Source of the DNA: the human T2T-CHM13v2.0 reference genome, Homo sapiens
NCBI RefSeq assembly: GCF_009914755.1
Contig: NC_060929.1
DNA length: 64,000 bases
Direction: 5' to 3' (one strand)
In this document: piece after piece, positions 30,800 through 44,755 of the stretch
How positions within the stretch are numbered: position 1 is the stretch's first letter
Layout of the letters: the number at the start of each line of letters is the position of its first letter
Position numbers and translations under genes: made by a program
The notes under the pieces: generated by a model
Seen by the model: the letters and a program-made list of their open reading frames with translations, nothing else
Told to the model about the DNA's origin: nothing
The model's database searches: none

Positions 30800-31570
30800 A
30801 TCTAGTGTGCAAAAATGTCCAGTAACATTGGTCTCTGTGGGAAAGGAGAGGTATTATCCAGTATGACTTCTGCATGAAATCCCATGGCAGGTGGGGTAGC
30901 ACTAAGTAGAGGTGAAGGGAAGCAAGGCAGGGTAGATAGATTGGTGTTCAAAAGGCTTTTTATTCTATGTTGATCTTTTTGTAGGGAAAAGAAATAATTG
31001 TAGTTCTTTAGTCAAAAAATGACATTTTAGAGAAATAAGCAACAGCAATGTGATGTGCTTTTGAAAAGGAAAAATACTGGAGAATGGGGGATCCATGAAT
31101 ATATTCTTACAATATTTCAGGAAGGAGACAAAAATTTTTGGCAGAGACAGTGGAGATGGAGAGGAAGCTACAGTTTACAGCAGTTAGATGAAACCAGGAA
31201 AAGTTGATATGGGATTGGAAGGAAAAGAAAGCATTAGAGTACTTCAGGGAGTAGTTATATTCCTATAGCTAAGTAGGCTATATGGCAAACTGCGAGGAAA
31301 GAAAACATGTTCTGATTTGGACATAGATTGATGTATCTTTAATATGTCTATAGATGGGCTCCTGGTAGAAGATACACAGGTGTGGTGCACTGGCATTTTT
31401 AAGAAAGATATGGACTGAAGGTCACATTTGAGAGACATCATTTTTTAAATGATAAGTGAAGTCATGGGGATGGCTTAAAAATGTATCACACCTAACAAAA
31501 GCAAATCAAAGAAAAAAATCCTTCGAAATATCAGCATTTATGGGGCAGATGAAAGAAAACCTACTAAGGA
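30800..31570 (-). mobile_element. L2 fragment
   Basis: GTTCTGATTTGGACATAGATTGATG...TGGACTGAAGGTCACATTTGAGAGACATCA is antisense L2-like. Confidence 0.65.
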
Positions 31571-31660
31571 AGCCTGGAAAGAACTTTATGTTTTTGGCAA
31601 AGCAAACAAATAAGCAAACTAACAATAATGACAAAACCCCAACCAACCAACCAAACAAAC

Positions 31661-31663
<3 letters not shown>

Positions 31664-31696
<33 letters not shown>
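31664..31696. repeat. (CA)n microsatellite
   Basis: Read directly. Confidence 0.95.
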
Positions 31697-31698
<2 letters not shown>

Positions 31699-31724
31699 TA
31701 TTCTTTCTATTAAATATTCTAGGC

Positions 31725-31946
31725 CAGAGGTTAGCAAACTATGGCCAGTGAGCTAAATCTAGCCTGCTGCCTGATTTGTAAATACAGTTTTATTGGAAGT
31801 GAGCCATACCCATTCATTTATGTATCATCTATGGTTGCTTTCACACTAAAACTGCAGAGTTGAGTAGTTGAGACAAGGACCATATGGTTGCAAATCCTAA
31901 AATATTTACCATCTGGCCCTTTACAGAAAAAGTTTGCTGACCCCTG
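31725..31946 (+). mobile_element. MER58A hAT-Charlie element
   Basis: Terminal inverted repeats CAGAGGTTAGCAAACT / AGTTTGCTGACCCCTG; internal AAAATATTTACCATCTGGCCCTTTACAGAAAA. Confidence 0.92.
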
Positions 31947-32779
31947 TTTTAGATACAAAACAAGAGAAAAAACAATTATTAGATAAACTATCTACTTCAT
32001 TTTCAGAGTTATATTTTAGGAAACAAATACTTTTATAAATGAAAGACCACCACTTCACTTCATGTGGCAGGATAAAAAACAACATGTATACAATTCTACA
32101 GCATTGCTTTGGAATACGAGGAGAGTAGAGCATTTTAGATTTACCCTATAGGAAAGGCACTACTGTATAAAGAAGACAATAGGTCAGCTAGCTTCCTTTA
32201 CATAAAAAAAGATTGTTCTCTTCTATCTATGTCAGATCTTTGAAATTTTCACTTACTCTTGGCTCCCTTTTTATGAAGACACTACTTCATTCAGCTTCAT
32301 AAATCACACTAGGAAAATACAGTTAAGAAAAAGGCTTGCATTATGGACTCATTCAATTAAACATTCTGGAGGGCATGATTGCTTTAGGCCTGAAAATGGA
32401 ACAACATCTCAGTAGAAATTAAAAACATAAAGGAATGTGTTCAGGTAATTGCTTATTAAACTTTCAAACCCCAATGACAATAACAAGTTTAAATTGATTG
32501 CTCAATATGTTTAAACTAGATGATGCTGAATGTACAACCAAGCTGCACCACTGAGGCCTGAAAGTAAACCTTATTGAACAGTTAAGTACAGGAGTACCTT
32601 TTTGCCTCTGGGGGCTTGGAGATAATTCAATAAGGCTGGCTGAGATAGTCCAAATTAAATTGGTTAGTAGCAAGTGCAACGGTTTCTAGTCTGTGATGAC
32701 CCTTAGCTCAGAAGGTTTCAAATCAGCTGTGGGTCTTGGCAATAGAAAAAACAAAGCACTCATATTCTTGCCTATAGAG

Positions 32780-33184
32780 CAGTGGTCCCCAACCTTTCTG
32801 GCACCAGGGACAGGTCTCATGGAAGACATTTTTTCCAGGGACTGGGGTAGGGGTTGGGGGATGGTTTTGGGATGATTCAAGCTCATTAAATTTATTGTGC
32901 ACTTTATTATTATTACATTGTAATGTACAATGAAATCATTATACAACTCATTATAATGTAGAATCATTAGGAGCCCTGAGCTTGTTTTCCTGCAACTAGA
33001 AGCTCCCATCTGGGGGTGATGGGAGACAGTGACAGGTCATCAGGCATTAGATTCTCATAAGGAACATGCAACCCAGATCCCTCACAAGCACAATTCACAA
33101 TAGGAATCATGCTCCTATGAAAATCTAATGCACCTGCAGGCGAGGGGTTGCGGGGACTGGGGTTGTGGGGGTTGGGGACCACCC
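32780..33184 (+). mobile_element. MER1A-like hAT-Charlie element
   Basis: CAGTGGTCCCCAACCTTTCTGGCACCAGGGAC...GGTTGGGGACCAC; 8-bp TSD CTATAGAG/CTCTAGAG. Confidence 0.9.
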
Positions 33185-34019
33185 CTCTAGAGTACACTTT
33201 CAATGTCATTTATCGTTTTCCTACAGGAATCTCTCCTGGTTCCCCACTTCTCTTCCTCACTACTCATCCATACATTGGACACCTGCAATGATCTAATTTT
33301 GAAATAAATTTGTCTGATTTTCTTAAATGCCTAATTAGCATACACATTGCCTTTAGATAAAACCTTGTAAGTCATTATTAGGACTAGTTCTATAAATACT
33401 CTGAATATTTTCTTTAGGGAATTCCTATCTCAACTTTAATACAAGATAGCTACACTTAACTAGAAATTTTAAAATTCACTCTCCTGTAATTATATATTTT
33501 ATTATGGATGCTATATGCATTCTAATCTGTAAGTTACAAACAAAATTTAATGTCTGAGATTTAATGTTTACTCTTCCAGGAATGTCACAGAATAAATACA
33601 TATTCACATAATTTTCTACATTATTTTCAGCTCTAGCTATACTACTATACAATATTCAATGATGTATAGAATGGTGATCTGGAGACCTTTGATCAAATAT
33701 AAAAGCAACGATTACATTATAATCTCAAAGCTAAAGAAGGGAAGTAAAACAACATATATTCATCCTACAGGTGAAATAAGAGCCAATCATCTCCATCCAT
33801 AAATGAGAAAATTTCATTACCCAGAGCATCCCACTCCCCTTTTTAAAACTGGGGCTGAGTATCATATACTTTTCTTCTTTCTTTCTTTTTTCTTTCTTTA
33901 TTTACAGCTGGAGAGAGTGGAAATTGAACTGTGATATATAGAGAAGGATGCTCTGGATATGGTCTCTGTAATGGGAAGTTTATTATACATACTTGGAGAC
34001 TCTTAAAAACTGAAGAGTA

Positions 34020-35726
34020 CCATATGGAATTTAAAGTAGTTTTTTTCTAATTCTGTGAAGAAAGTCAATGGTAGCTTGATGGGAATAGCAATCAATCTAT
34101 AAATTACTTTGGGCAGTATGGCCATTTTCACAATATTGATTCTTCTTATCCATGAACATGGAATGTTTTTCCATTTGTTTGTGTCCTCTCTTATTTCTTG
34201 AGCAGTGGTTTGTAGTTCTCCTTAAAGAGGTCTTTCACATCCCTGTATAGCCAAGACAATCCTAAGCAAAAAGAACAAAGCTGCAGACATCACGCAGCCT
34301 CACTTCAAACTATACTACAAGGTTACAGTAACCAAAACAGCATGATACTGGTACCGAAACAGAGAGACACACCAATGGAACAGAACAGAGCCCTCAGAAA
34401 TAACACCACACATCTACAACCATCTGATCTTTGACAAACCTGACAAAAACAGGCAGTGGGGAAAGGATTCCTTGATTAATAAATGGTGTTGTGAAAACAG
34501 GCTAGCCATATGCAGAAAACTGAAACTGGATCCCTTCCTTACACCTTATACAAAAATTAACTCAAGATGGATTAAAGATTTAAATGTAAGACCTAAAACC
34601 ATAAAAACCCTAGAAGAAAACCTAGGCAGTACCATTCAGGACATAGGCATGGGCAAAGACTTCATGACTAAAACACCAAAAGCAATTGCAACAAAAGCCA
34701 AAATAGACAAATGGGATCAATTAAACTAAAGAGCTTCTGCACAGCAAAATAAACTATCATCAGGGTGAACAGGCAACCTACATAATGGGAGAAAAATTTT
34801 GCAATCTACCCATCTGAGAAAGGGCTAATATCCAGAATCTACAAAGAACTTAAACAAATTTACAAGAAAAAAATCAAACAACCCCTCAAAAAGTGGGCAA
34901 AGGATATGAACAGACACTTCTCAGAAGAAGACATTTATGTGGCCAACAGACATGAAAAAAAACTCATCGTCACGGGTCATTAGGGAAATACAAATCAAAA
35001 CCACAATGAGATATCATCTCATGCCTGTTAGAATGGTGATCATTAAAAAGTCAGGAAACAACAGATGGTGGAAAGGATGTGGAGAAATAGGAACACTTTT
35101 ACACTGTTGGTGGGAGTGTAAATTAGTTCAATCATTGTGGAAGACAGTGTGGCAATTCCTCAAGGATCTTGAACTAGGAATACAATTTGACCCAGCAATC
35201 CCATTACTGGGTATATACCCAAAGATTATAAATCATTCTGCTATAAAGACACATACGCACATATGTTTATTGCAGCACTATTTACAATAGCAAAGACTTG
35301 GAACCAACCCAAATGCCCATCAGTGTTAGACTGGATAAAGAAAATATGGCATATATACACCATGGAATACTATGCAGCCGTAAAAAGAATGAGTTCATGT
35401 CTTTTGCAGGGACACGGATGAAGCGGGAAACCATCATTCTCAGCAAACTAATACAGGAACAGAAAACCAAACACCACATATGCTCACTCATAAGTGGGAG
35501 CTGAACAATGAGAACATATGGGCACAGGGAGGGGAACATCACACACTGGGGCCTGTCAGGGGGTGGGGTCAAGGGGAGGGATAGCATTAGGAGAAATACC
35601 TAATGTAGATGATGGGTTGATGCGTGCAGCAAACCATCATGGCACATGTATACCTATGTAACAAACCTGAACGTTGTACACATGTATCCCAGAACTTAAA
35701 GTATAATAAATAAATAAATAAATAAA
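34020..35726 (+). mobile_element. 5'-truncated, 5'-inverted L1PA (L1PA7-like)
   Basis: 34020-34244 is antisense ORF2; 34245 onward is sense ORF2 ([36 protein letters not shown]) with stops, 3'UTR and (TAAA)n tail; approximate TSD AAACTG(AA)GAGTA. Confidence 0.95.
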
Positions 35727-36084
35727 CAAACTGGAGTAAAAATACATCAAAGGAAAAAGGCATGAGGGTAAGAGTGGACTGTAGAATAGCCATTTAGACG
35801 AAGAGAAAATAGAAAAGTGATAGGTTCTTTAAACAGGAGAATTGTGATCCATGAAAAGAGTTTGAAATCAAAACCAGATTTTCTAGAATCTCCTTTTATG
35901 TTCCAGCACCCGACTGTGACCACAATTGAAATGAAAATCCTTATGGATCAGATTCTCCCGGGTGAAAAGCTTCTTCGCTTTAACACCTTTCTTGCAGATA
36001 TTTTCTGGATGTTTTAAATGTAATTGGTGAGTTCTGGTTTTTGCTTTCACATGAGTTCCTGTCACAACTCTTCACAGATGCACT

Positions 36085-36463
36085 GTTGATAGTTAGACTG
36101 GCTAGTTGTTATGCAGAAAACAAAAATTAGTGATAAAATTGCAAAGGTTTGGTTTTCTCCCAGGCCCAGCACAGGTCTACTAGGTACTCTACTCCATGTG
36201 GGCTTCACTCTGGGACCCAGGCTCTTAGAATGGCATCTATTGGGATCTTATTGGAAAGCCACAGCTGAGGGACTAAGAGACAGTGAATTGCACCGTGACT
36301 CTTAAAGCATCCACCTGGAAACAAAATCATTTCTCCTCACATTTCACTAACCACGGCTGGCATACAGTCATGCCAAAACACAAGAGAGCTGTTAGGTACC
36401 ATCATCTTATCTGCTGAAGAAAACCAGAAATATTTGACGGAGAGTCCAGTGAACTATTCCACA
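36085..36463 (-). mobile_element. Old MLT1 (K/L-like) LTR
   Basis: CTCTGGGACCCAGGCT...CTCTTAAAGCATCCACCTGGAA...CTCACATTTCACTAACCA. Confidence 0.6.
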
Positions 36464-36619
36464 CCTCTAACACATAAGGCAGTGGACAAGAGCATCTGCT
36501 TTTAGCGGGCTATGTCTCCTAATGGGCGATGAAAATTATATGCAAGCAAAAGCAAGCTAGCCAAATTAATGAAACAGGGGCATCTCAAAAGAAGTCTCAA
36601 GGAGGAGATGCAACAATGA

Positions 36620-36810
36620 TGTGATTAGCATTTAAACACTGGCTCTACCATTGACTAGCCGTGCAACAGTGGGCAAGTGACTTAATTATACAGATGACTC
36701 TGTCTTCTCATCTTGCATAGTAGGATGACTGATAATGCTTTCCTTGTCGGTGTTTTGTGAGAATTATTTGAGATAATGTTTATAATGTGTTTAGATCACA
36801 TTGTTGAGCA
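36620..36810 (+). mobile_element. MIR SINE
   Basis: TGGCTCTACCATTGACTAGCCGTGCAACAGTGGGCAAGTGACTTAA. Confidence 0.75.
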
Positions 36811-39208
36811 TGAACAGGAACTCTGGCTCTTAGCTCATATACTTATCTCTGAGGACCTTGGGTGACAGGGAAGCCTTTGCAGAACAAGATGACTTAAAAT
36901 TGTCCTGAAAAGGAAGTCTGAATTTATTTTGAAAAAAAAAAAAAAAAAGATGAGAAAGTGAGTGAGGACTTAGAATCAGGGTATGACTACAGTGTTTAGG
37001 AAGAGTAAGTCGACTGTTCAGTTGTATCAGAAGGTTTGTGTAGGGTCCTTCTCTTGTTGCAAGTCAGGACCCCATGAAAATTTTTAAGCACAGGATTTTA
37101 AAGCAGAGTGTAGGCAAATTAATTTGACAGAAGTGTGTGGGATAGGTTGGAGAAACAACAGCGCAGAGACAGAGCTATTTGTGTAACAAGAGGAAATGGT
37201 GGTAGAAAGGAGAACAGAAGACGTTCTCCTTATCTCCTTATAAACATCTTATAGATGTTTTATCTAATAGGAAAACATGAAATCTAGTTAACCATGGTTA
37301 CCTGATTATAAGGTAATGAGAAAGAAAGGTAGAGAGTTGTGAGGACCAAAACATCTAGTATATTATTCTTCAACGCCTAAGTAGAACGAGGCATGTTAGA
37401 GCTGAGTGATTACTCTAACTTAGTTTCCTGTCCTTAGGTGACATATCACAGCTCTGAAAACTACCCACATGCACTTTTCCTTGTGTATTGATGCTATACA
37501 GAAAGTCAAAGTGAGCCCGTGAAATTATGTATGTGTACTTGTCTGTTCCTTGGAGAAAATGCCAAATAAGTGGCTCTCAAATAAATATAACAAAAGCTAT
37601 GAAAGAAATAAACACAAGTGCAGCCAAGTAAACCAATCAGCTTGAAGTTAAGAACTAACATGAATTCAGTTGTTACAGCCGTAATAATTCCATGGCTGTG
37701 AACACACCAATGACTGGATTCCTTGGCAGGCAATGTGAGCTACAGCCTGCTGCCAGCTGCTGTATTTAAGGTTGCTTTAGATTAGAATGCAGATGTACAA
37801 CATTTAAAGTTTATGGTTTAAACATGGATTCATGAATCACTTGAAAGGCACCCCAACCTGTGAAGTTCCAGAACAGCTTTAGACTAAATTACAGATTAAC
37901 CTGAGCTGTAAAATGCACTAGACACTGCCTTGTGTAGTAGGGACCAGAGACAAAACCTTCTCAAGACTTTGCTTCCAGAGAGCTCTTGACAGACGAACTT
38001 TGTGAATGTGTGGACAAAAATGAAATAAGATATTTTTTTAACCTCATACCCATAGGAAGAACAAAGCTCAAGTTTGAGGATTTCAGTGAGCATAACATTT
38101 AAGAGAGCTAAATAAATTTTCTCAGCACAGGAAACAGAGTCAGATCTTTCTGTTTTATTTTCCTCTGATAAGATGCAACTAGGAAGATCTCCATTCAGTT
38201 TGTGACTTCATAGCCAACATACTGAGGGACCTGTTAACTCTTTTTATAAATTGAGATTAGCATACATTTCTTTGGGGAAGACAGGGAGGGAGACAGGGAA
38301 AAAGAGCTTACTGCAGAAATAAAAAGATCCAACATTTTTATACTGGGTTGAAGAACATATATATCTGAATATTCATAAGGGGTATGATTTAAAGAGTATC
38401 TAAGATTGTCTGAAACCACAAGCTCTTCAGTTGTAGAATAGTTGGTGTTGCCTTAGGATTTACTTCTTTTCTTAAAGCCTCTACTTTTAAAGCTTCCAAT
38501 TTTATTTTTTGCTCAAAAGTTCAATTCTGTTTTCTTCATTTAATATCAGAACTTGTTTTCCTTTCTCCTCTTTACTTTGATGTGCTGTCCTGAAAAAGAT
38601 ATCAGTGATGCTCTCTCATCTTATGGACCTCTGTGCTATTTAGATTTTTTTATTTTACAAATGGAGTCAGCTCCTTTTCACTGACCTAACTACCTGAATT
38701 TCTCTCTTCCAGTGCTGCTTATGTCAGAATCTGAGCCATCTTCCCCAACAGTTTCCCGCTGCCTGGGGTGCACCTATCTCATCTTTTGTACTTCTGCTTA
38801 GGCTCTAGTTCCTATGTATTCCCATTTTTAATGCAGAGTCATTGTGAATGTTGTGAGCCTACACAAATCTTATTCAGTCTATTCTCTCTCCGTCAAGGCA
38901 TCCGAGGCAGCATGCATTGACCACATGGATACACTTTGCTATGCTGTCCACTCTTGGTGTTTAATGCCTAATGTCTTTTAAGTGGCGATACTACCTAAGC
39001 AAATACAGACATAAGCATAGACACACACAACACATGAACATACTCATGAAAGCGAGTGAATAATGTAATGAAATACTTTTAAGTGGGCAGGAAGGTGAAG
39101 GAGACCCTCATTTCCTTGCTGAAACTGGCAGTCTGTGAAGTCTTAGATGTACTTTAGGCTGACGTGTTGTTGTTGTTGTTTAGCTTTTTGAATTAAAATT
39201 CCAGACAT

Positions 39209-39527
<319 letters not shown>

Positions 39528-39658
39528 TCACCCCTAAAGGTATTTTAGTTTGACTCTTGCTCTATGTATCTCTGCATTGTTTGGACTTTCCATGTTAAGA
39601 CTACAATTAAGAAAGCACAGGAAAAATAAAAGAACAAAAAACACGAATCTAAGAATGT

Positions 39659-40033
<375 letters not shown>

Positions 40034-43000
40034 TCACCAAGAGAAAGACCAAAGTTTTCCAAGAGGCTACGCAAAGTGACTAAGTGACTAAGTGACTATT
40101 GGTTGAAATGACTTGGTTCTACCCTTGCATTCTCAGAGTTCAACTATATTTTCTAGCAAACTAGAGCAGCAGGTAGATATCCCAGTGTTTTCATTATGTT
40201 ATTCACAGTTTAAGAATATAGTGCATACCAGATTCAACTGGTTAATAGACAATAAGAGCTAAAACTATCAAAGGAACCTGAAAGGTCCAGTTATGGGACA
40301 GCCCCCAATCTCTCCCTATAGACTTTCAGAATGCCATGTCACGTGACAAATGCCAAATTTATTGCTTTTTAATGTTCAGGAACTGTCATGGAAACTGGGA
40401 ATCTTGAAGTATATATGATAAGGTGCTACCTCTCCCCACCAGAGTTCCCTTCATTACCACTACCCATCCCCGACCCACCAAAGTGAGGCATAAGGTAAAA
40501 ATATATTACACAAAAGTGCTACTATAGTGGTGCAAATGTATTCTCCTTAAAGTGTGTGTTTGTCTTTTGGGAAAGTCTGTGGAAAGGTTTGTTCCTTCTC
40601 TCTATATGGGTGGCAGAGAATACATAGGCGTTTTCTACCACTTTTCTGTTTCTCTCTCTTTCCCTATGCTTTTATAACCCATTTCTTATGTTCCAGCAAC
40701 ATTTTTACAAGTCATGTTTTGGCCCCCATTTACAAGGGCATCGCACAAATCCTGTCTGAAGGCCATCACTTTCCCAACAGAAATAATTTGAGCAAATATA
40801 CAAGGTTAAGCACCAATTAAGGTGGAAAATGCTGGGTCCTAATGCTGTTCTCGTTACATACTCCTCCCAAGAGACCGCAATGCGGATGAATAGGCAGGTG
40901 AGCTCTGCCATAGATTCAGAGTTAGTCTTTCATTTATTCTTGCTTATTGTGGAAAAAAAGGTTATTTAATTAAAATGGGTATAAATTCTAAGATACTGGT
41001 CAAAAATAAGTAATGCAAATATTCTTTGAGTGTGATTGATTTTAAACTTGCCTTTTGATTGTCCTTTCCTTTCTGGTAGAACAACAGAAGCTTGTTCTCT
41101 GTAAACAGGCTGGGTGATGTATGTGGCACCTGACAGAGAGTCAGTGCCAAAACGTGAAAGTTAGAGGAGTGGCTGGCGAAGGGGGAGGGGGGGGGTAGAA
41201 ATATGACGAAGGGTGCATACACCACTGCCTTCAAAAACTTCACTGACTGCAGGTCTGCCCAGCCTATCTAGTCTTCTGCCAACATAATCATACTATGCTG
41301 AGTTTCCTTAAGACCCGACTATTTTCTTTAGTATCTCTCATATGATTTTGTTCCCATCTCAGTAGAAAGCACATCTTGAACAGAGGCTTTTTCTTACACA
41401 TCTCTGTGCTACCCTGAATACTGCTTTGGTCAGTGTGTTTCTCTTTCTTGGGGATTAAAATATAGCTTTCAAAGTTTGCACAGGGAGGCAGTTGGGCCTC
41501 CCAATGAAAAAAAAAAGTTATTTACTGGAAGTCCCAGTTGTCTGCAATTTGAAGATGGGGATATGTGATTAAATTAGCCTCTGCTAGGGTTAAAAACAGA
41601 ACCAAAAAACCCTTCACGCCAGAATCCACAAAGATCATCTGCCATCACAGGGTCATTCATTGCAAGTAGCAGTAGGAGAGGCACCACCTGCCAGTCCCAC
41701 CAAGAGGAGAGAACAGTTAGGAACAAATGAAGAGAAAAATGGAAGCTGCTGTCATGTTCAAGAGCTTCAAGTTGCGGGATGTTTCTCTTGAATCTGAATA
41801 CATTATTTAAAAAACCTAGGGAATCTGTTTTGTATTCTGTATTGCACTCTTAAAAACATTTTCTTATTAGGTTTGCTAAGAAAACTCCACTTTTTAGGCT
41901 TCCAATAAATTTCTGTGTGCAATAAGCAGAGGGCTGGAAATACCTGCCTCTGTGTCCTGACTGGTCCCATCTGTCCACGTTTGGCAAGCCTAATCTGTAT
42001 CTCTGCTTGTATTCATGATTGGTTATCACACAACGGAAGGACGTGGGTAGAAGAGCTGTAGACAGTCAGATAACTGAGCTGACCAGGGAGAGGTCTGTGC
42101 CTTTTAGTGTAGGGCCACTGCGTGTTTATTTCTTTTCATTCTTCGTGCTTGTTCTTTTCTTAGTCTAGCAAGAAGAAACAAGAAGAAAGTATTTCTAAAG
42201 CCTATTTAGAGCAGTTAGAATGTGAAATCAGACTCCCCTGAGGAGGAATCAGACATAGCAGACAGTGTGAACTGTAAGCCCACCACAGGCTTAGACAGAA
42301 AAAGATCAAATATCTTTGACATATGGTGGGAGGATTTTAAGGTCCTGATATTAGACGTGCTAGCAAGGGGGGATGCCCGTTGCAGGAAAGAGAGAAAAAC
42401 GTGGAAAGTAGTTTTTTGGTTGCAGATAATTAGCCATACGTGTTTCTGAGCTTCAAAACCTCGTTTGTTAAGTACATTAAAAATGACACAGTATTTGATT
42501 TAGATCCACAGGAAAAGGAAAAGATGAAGTCAGAAATCACATTAGTAATTCTGTTGTACATAAAAAAAATTCAAGGCAGAGTACAAATTGAGGTAAATGA
42601 AAGTAAAACAAAGATCAGTCAGAGTAATGGCATAGTGGATGACAACAGCTTGTTAAACCTATACATCTAGAAGTATAAGGAGACTGATGGAAATGCACTT
42701 TACAACTCTAATGGATATATTTTAAGAAAGATGCTTTAAAAGCATACAGTGTTCATGAAATACTTTAAAACGATTCAGTGGCCCCAATTAGGTACATTAG
42801 AGAGGTAAAACTAATAAAAATACTGTAGCATTAGGACAGAGAGCCTATCCTGCTTTATTCTATTCAACAGGTGTTGTGGAGTTGACAAGGACTCTCCGAA
42901 TTTTTTTTCTCAGATGTGTCTTATAAGAACTCAAGACATACATCTTCAGTTGGTTTTGCTTTTTCTCATTATTGTTATTGTTTTGTTTCTAGGTTAGACT

Positions 43001-43962
43001 ATTTTGGGAGAAATATGCAGAAGGTAAAAATCTAAAATTTCTTCTAGTTTTTCTTAAAATTCTTTACACATTTAGAGACATAGTTAAAATACTAATCTGG
43101 AAAATTGATTTTAAAATAAATAATTACACATGAATAAATATCAACCTAAAATATGTTTTTAAAACTGAATATTCCACTTTAATTTATAGTAACTGATTAT
43201 TATAATACATATGATACATTGCAATTACTTGTTACAGATAAACTGTCTTTTTTTAGCTAGGCCTGTGATTTCTGTTGATGACAGTAGTGCAAATTTCTAA
43301 TTATTTTCAGGTTCACAGAGTCTCTAGTTTTTTTTTTTTTTTTTTTTTTTTTATTAATCCAAGAGTTTCCTCTCATTTAATCTGCCTGTTTCTGGTGAAC
43401 TTGCATATTAAATCATTATTATTTTATCATTTTTGTTAGATCAAATTTTTTCCTTAACCCTTGTCTTTTTACCTAATTTGTCTATTATCATGAGACTTCG
43501 CTGATCTCATTTTTTTATTCATCAAAATCACCTACATTAGTAATTAAATATATTATCTTTCAACATAACACAACCTCAAGACAGCAATCAGACAGTTTTC
43601 TAGGTCTGACCCTCCAGGGGTCATAGCTTCGTATGGTGCTCAAGAGTGATTTTTAAAAGATTTAATAGCCAATTCGGCAAAGACTGACCAATCAGAATAA
43701 AAAAATAAGTCATTAGGGCTGAGGCAGAGTCTCAGAGGTTCCCTGATGTGGCAGACATTAACACTTGAATTGCTGAATTGATTGTGGCCTGTGTGGCTTC
43801 CTGGGAGATGGCCCAGGCTAGCTGGTTGGGATGCTCACAGCTGTGGTCATTCACCAATTTCTAAGTCTTTCATTATTCAACAGCAAAAATGTTTATGCAG
43901 GATCTGAGTGTGTGCCTGATGCATGTGACCCCTGGGGAGGTTGTCTCTCCAGAGATCCATCT

Positions 43963-44310
43963 AGATACGCTTCAGGTGTGTGTCTACCCAAATCTCATCT
44001 TGAATTGTAACTCCCACAATTCCCACATGTCGTGGGAGGAACCTGGTGGGAGGTGGCCGAATTATGGGAGCGGGTCTTCCCTGTGCTGTTCTCGTGATAG
44101 TGAATGAGTCTCACGAGATATGGTGGTTTTAAAAAGGGAGTTTTCCTGCACAAGCTCTTCTTATCTTGTCTGCCGCCAGTGAGACGTGCCTTTCATCTTC
44201 TGCCATGATTGTGAGGCCTCACCAGCCACCTGAAGCTGTAAGTCCAATAAACTGCTTTTGTTTGTAAATTGCCCAGTCTCAGGTATGTCTTTATCAGCAG
44301 TGTGAAAACT
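43963..44310 (+). mobile_element. THE1A/B-like LTR with eroded ends
   Basis: CCCAAATCTCATCTTGAATTGTAACTCCCACAATTCCCACATGTCGTGGGAGG...GTATGTCTTTATCAGCAGTGTGAAAAC. Confidence 0.9.
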
Positions 44311-44359
44311 CATTTCTTCCTCAAATACTTGTAGGAGGTCCCCATTCATGAGTGATTTA

Positions 44360-44755
44360 GCACCTTGCTACTTGCAGTGTAGTATATGGCTCAGCAACAT
44401 CATAGCCTCATCTGGAGTTTCTTGGCAAGACAGAATCTCAGGCCCTACCCTAGACCTACTAAATCAGAATCAGCATTTTTGCAAGGTCCCTGCGTGACCT
44501 GTGTGCACCTTGAAGTTTGGGAAGCATTGGTTAGCACCTGCATCCTGGCTGGCCAGGAGGTATAAATGAGTTTATTCAGTATTTTTTAGTCCAGACCACA
44601 GATTAGAAGCCCCTGGGAAACATTTTAAAAATGCACGTGGCTAGGTCCTATCCCATGAGAATCTAATTTAATTGGTCTGGGATGGAGCTTATAATAGCAA
44701 TTTTTAAAAACTTTACTTGGTGATTATTCTGTGCAGCCTGGGTTAAGCATAATGA
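44360..44755. mobile_element. Two adjacent MER5-family elements (~44360-44530 and ~44577-44755)
   Basis: CAGAATCTCAGGCCCTACCCTAGACCTACTAAATCAGAATC; ATTAGAAGCCCCTGGGAAACATTTTAAAAATGC...GGTGATTATTCTGTGCAGCC. Confidence 0.75.

Noticed and set aside
34472-35504. ORFs with clear protein similarity
   Set aside because: Broken L1 ORF2 C-terminal remnants, not a host gene; the same applies to 46536-46910
40075-40098. (AAGTGACT)x3 and other short tandem duplications (20555-20582, 60049-60075)
   Set aside because: Slippage-type repeats with no spacers, not CRISPR-like
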